Assembly (NCBI RefSeq): GCF_009914755.1
Contig: NC_060945.1
Length of the DNA: 64,000 bases
Source: the human T2T-CHM13v2.0 reference genome, Homo sapiens
Reading direction: 5' to 3' (one strand)
The notes under the pieces are model-generated. The model saw only the letters and a program-made list of their open reading frames with translations, made no database searches and was not told the origin of the DNA. Position 1 is the first letter of the stretch; every line of letters starts with the position of its first letter. Below, one piece after another: positions 63,102-64,000 of this stretch. The position numbers were made by a program, and so were the translations under genes.

Positions 63102-64000
63102 GTAATACATTTTTGTCCAGTGTAGCCAAGAAAATGCTGGAAACAAGAGCTGTTTCCGTTTCTGCCTTACTAACATCACAAAAAAAAAAAAGAAAGAAAG
63201 AATAAAACCTGCCAAAAATACTATTCTAAATGTTTAAAGGAGACTTTCAAATGGGAGATGAATAAAATTATTTCCATAAAAGATAAAGATAGAAGCATCA
63301 GAAATAATCAAAGAAGCAGCAGCAACTTTTTACTGAATCAAAAATTGATCACAATGAGAAATATATCACTTGCTCCTACTTACAAATAGTTGTTCCTATT
63401 CTCTTCGGCAACACTGAACTATGTTTTCACGCTAATACATCCAGTAAAATTGCTTCCTATTTTTATTTGTGATTTTCATTACTGATTCCACTTGGGACAG
63501 AAATAAATAGAATATGTGCATCAGGATCTCCCTAGCAATTTTGCACCAACCTCATGTGGTTCTGTCAATGAAGGCAATTATAATTCTGAATGAATATGCT
63601 TGATGTTCACTTAGCAGGAAACTGAACTCAGAGAAGATTTTTGCCCTTTCATTTTAATGTACACACCAGGTGGCACCCAAAGTAGTCAAATACAAATGTC
63701 TCCCACCCTGTATTCAAAAGAAATAATCATAGTACCAGGAGCTATCAAATCAGAACATTTTCTCGGGCACGGAGTGACATAAAGGGATAACAATATCTAA
63801 GGGCCACATACCTGTTGTTGCCCAAAGACACAAGGCAGGAACCATAAACCAAAAAGAAACACCTGTCCAGGCTGAAGGCAGCAGGACTTATTTACCAGAT
63901 AATTGTATCCATAAGTCCTTGCACTGCCCAAATTCTCACTTTACACACAGAAACTTCAAGGACTAACTTTTATGATTCAGATTCTAGTTGGCTTTATAAT

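Overview
This is primate (human-like) non-coding DNA, intronic or intergenic, made up mostly of transposable elements. I found no protein-coding exon, RNA gene, CRISPR array or prokaryotic system; the ORF track is explained by Alu, L1, GC-rich LTR and microsatellite sequence. Recognisable content: about 16 Alu/FLAM copies (many with TSDs), old and young L1s, solo LTRs (LTR8A-, MER31-, MER21-, MER52-, THE1-, MST- and MLT1-like), DNA transposons (HSMAR2, MER5, MER20, MER96), MIR/L2 relics and microsatellites. Main findings: (1) a ~1 kb, heavily frameshifted Penelope-like reverse-transcriptase fossil at ~5.6-6.6 kb on the minus strand, read by hand from the order of its motifs; (2) two locally templated insertions with microhomology junctions (45.4 kb copied from 46.8-47.3 kb; 59.03 kb copied from 59.87 kb); (3) a four-level nested TE stack at 29-39 kb that includes a twin-primed L1PA inside HSMAR2; (4) an ancient RTE-clade fragment at 28.6 kb; (5) a rearranged MER96 hairpin. 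Subfamily names come from my recall of consensus sequences, not from a database search, and the boundaries of old elements are approximate.
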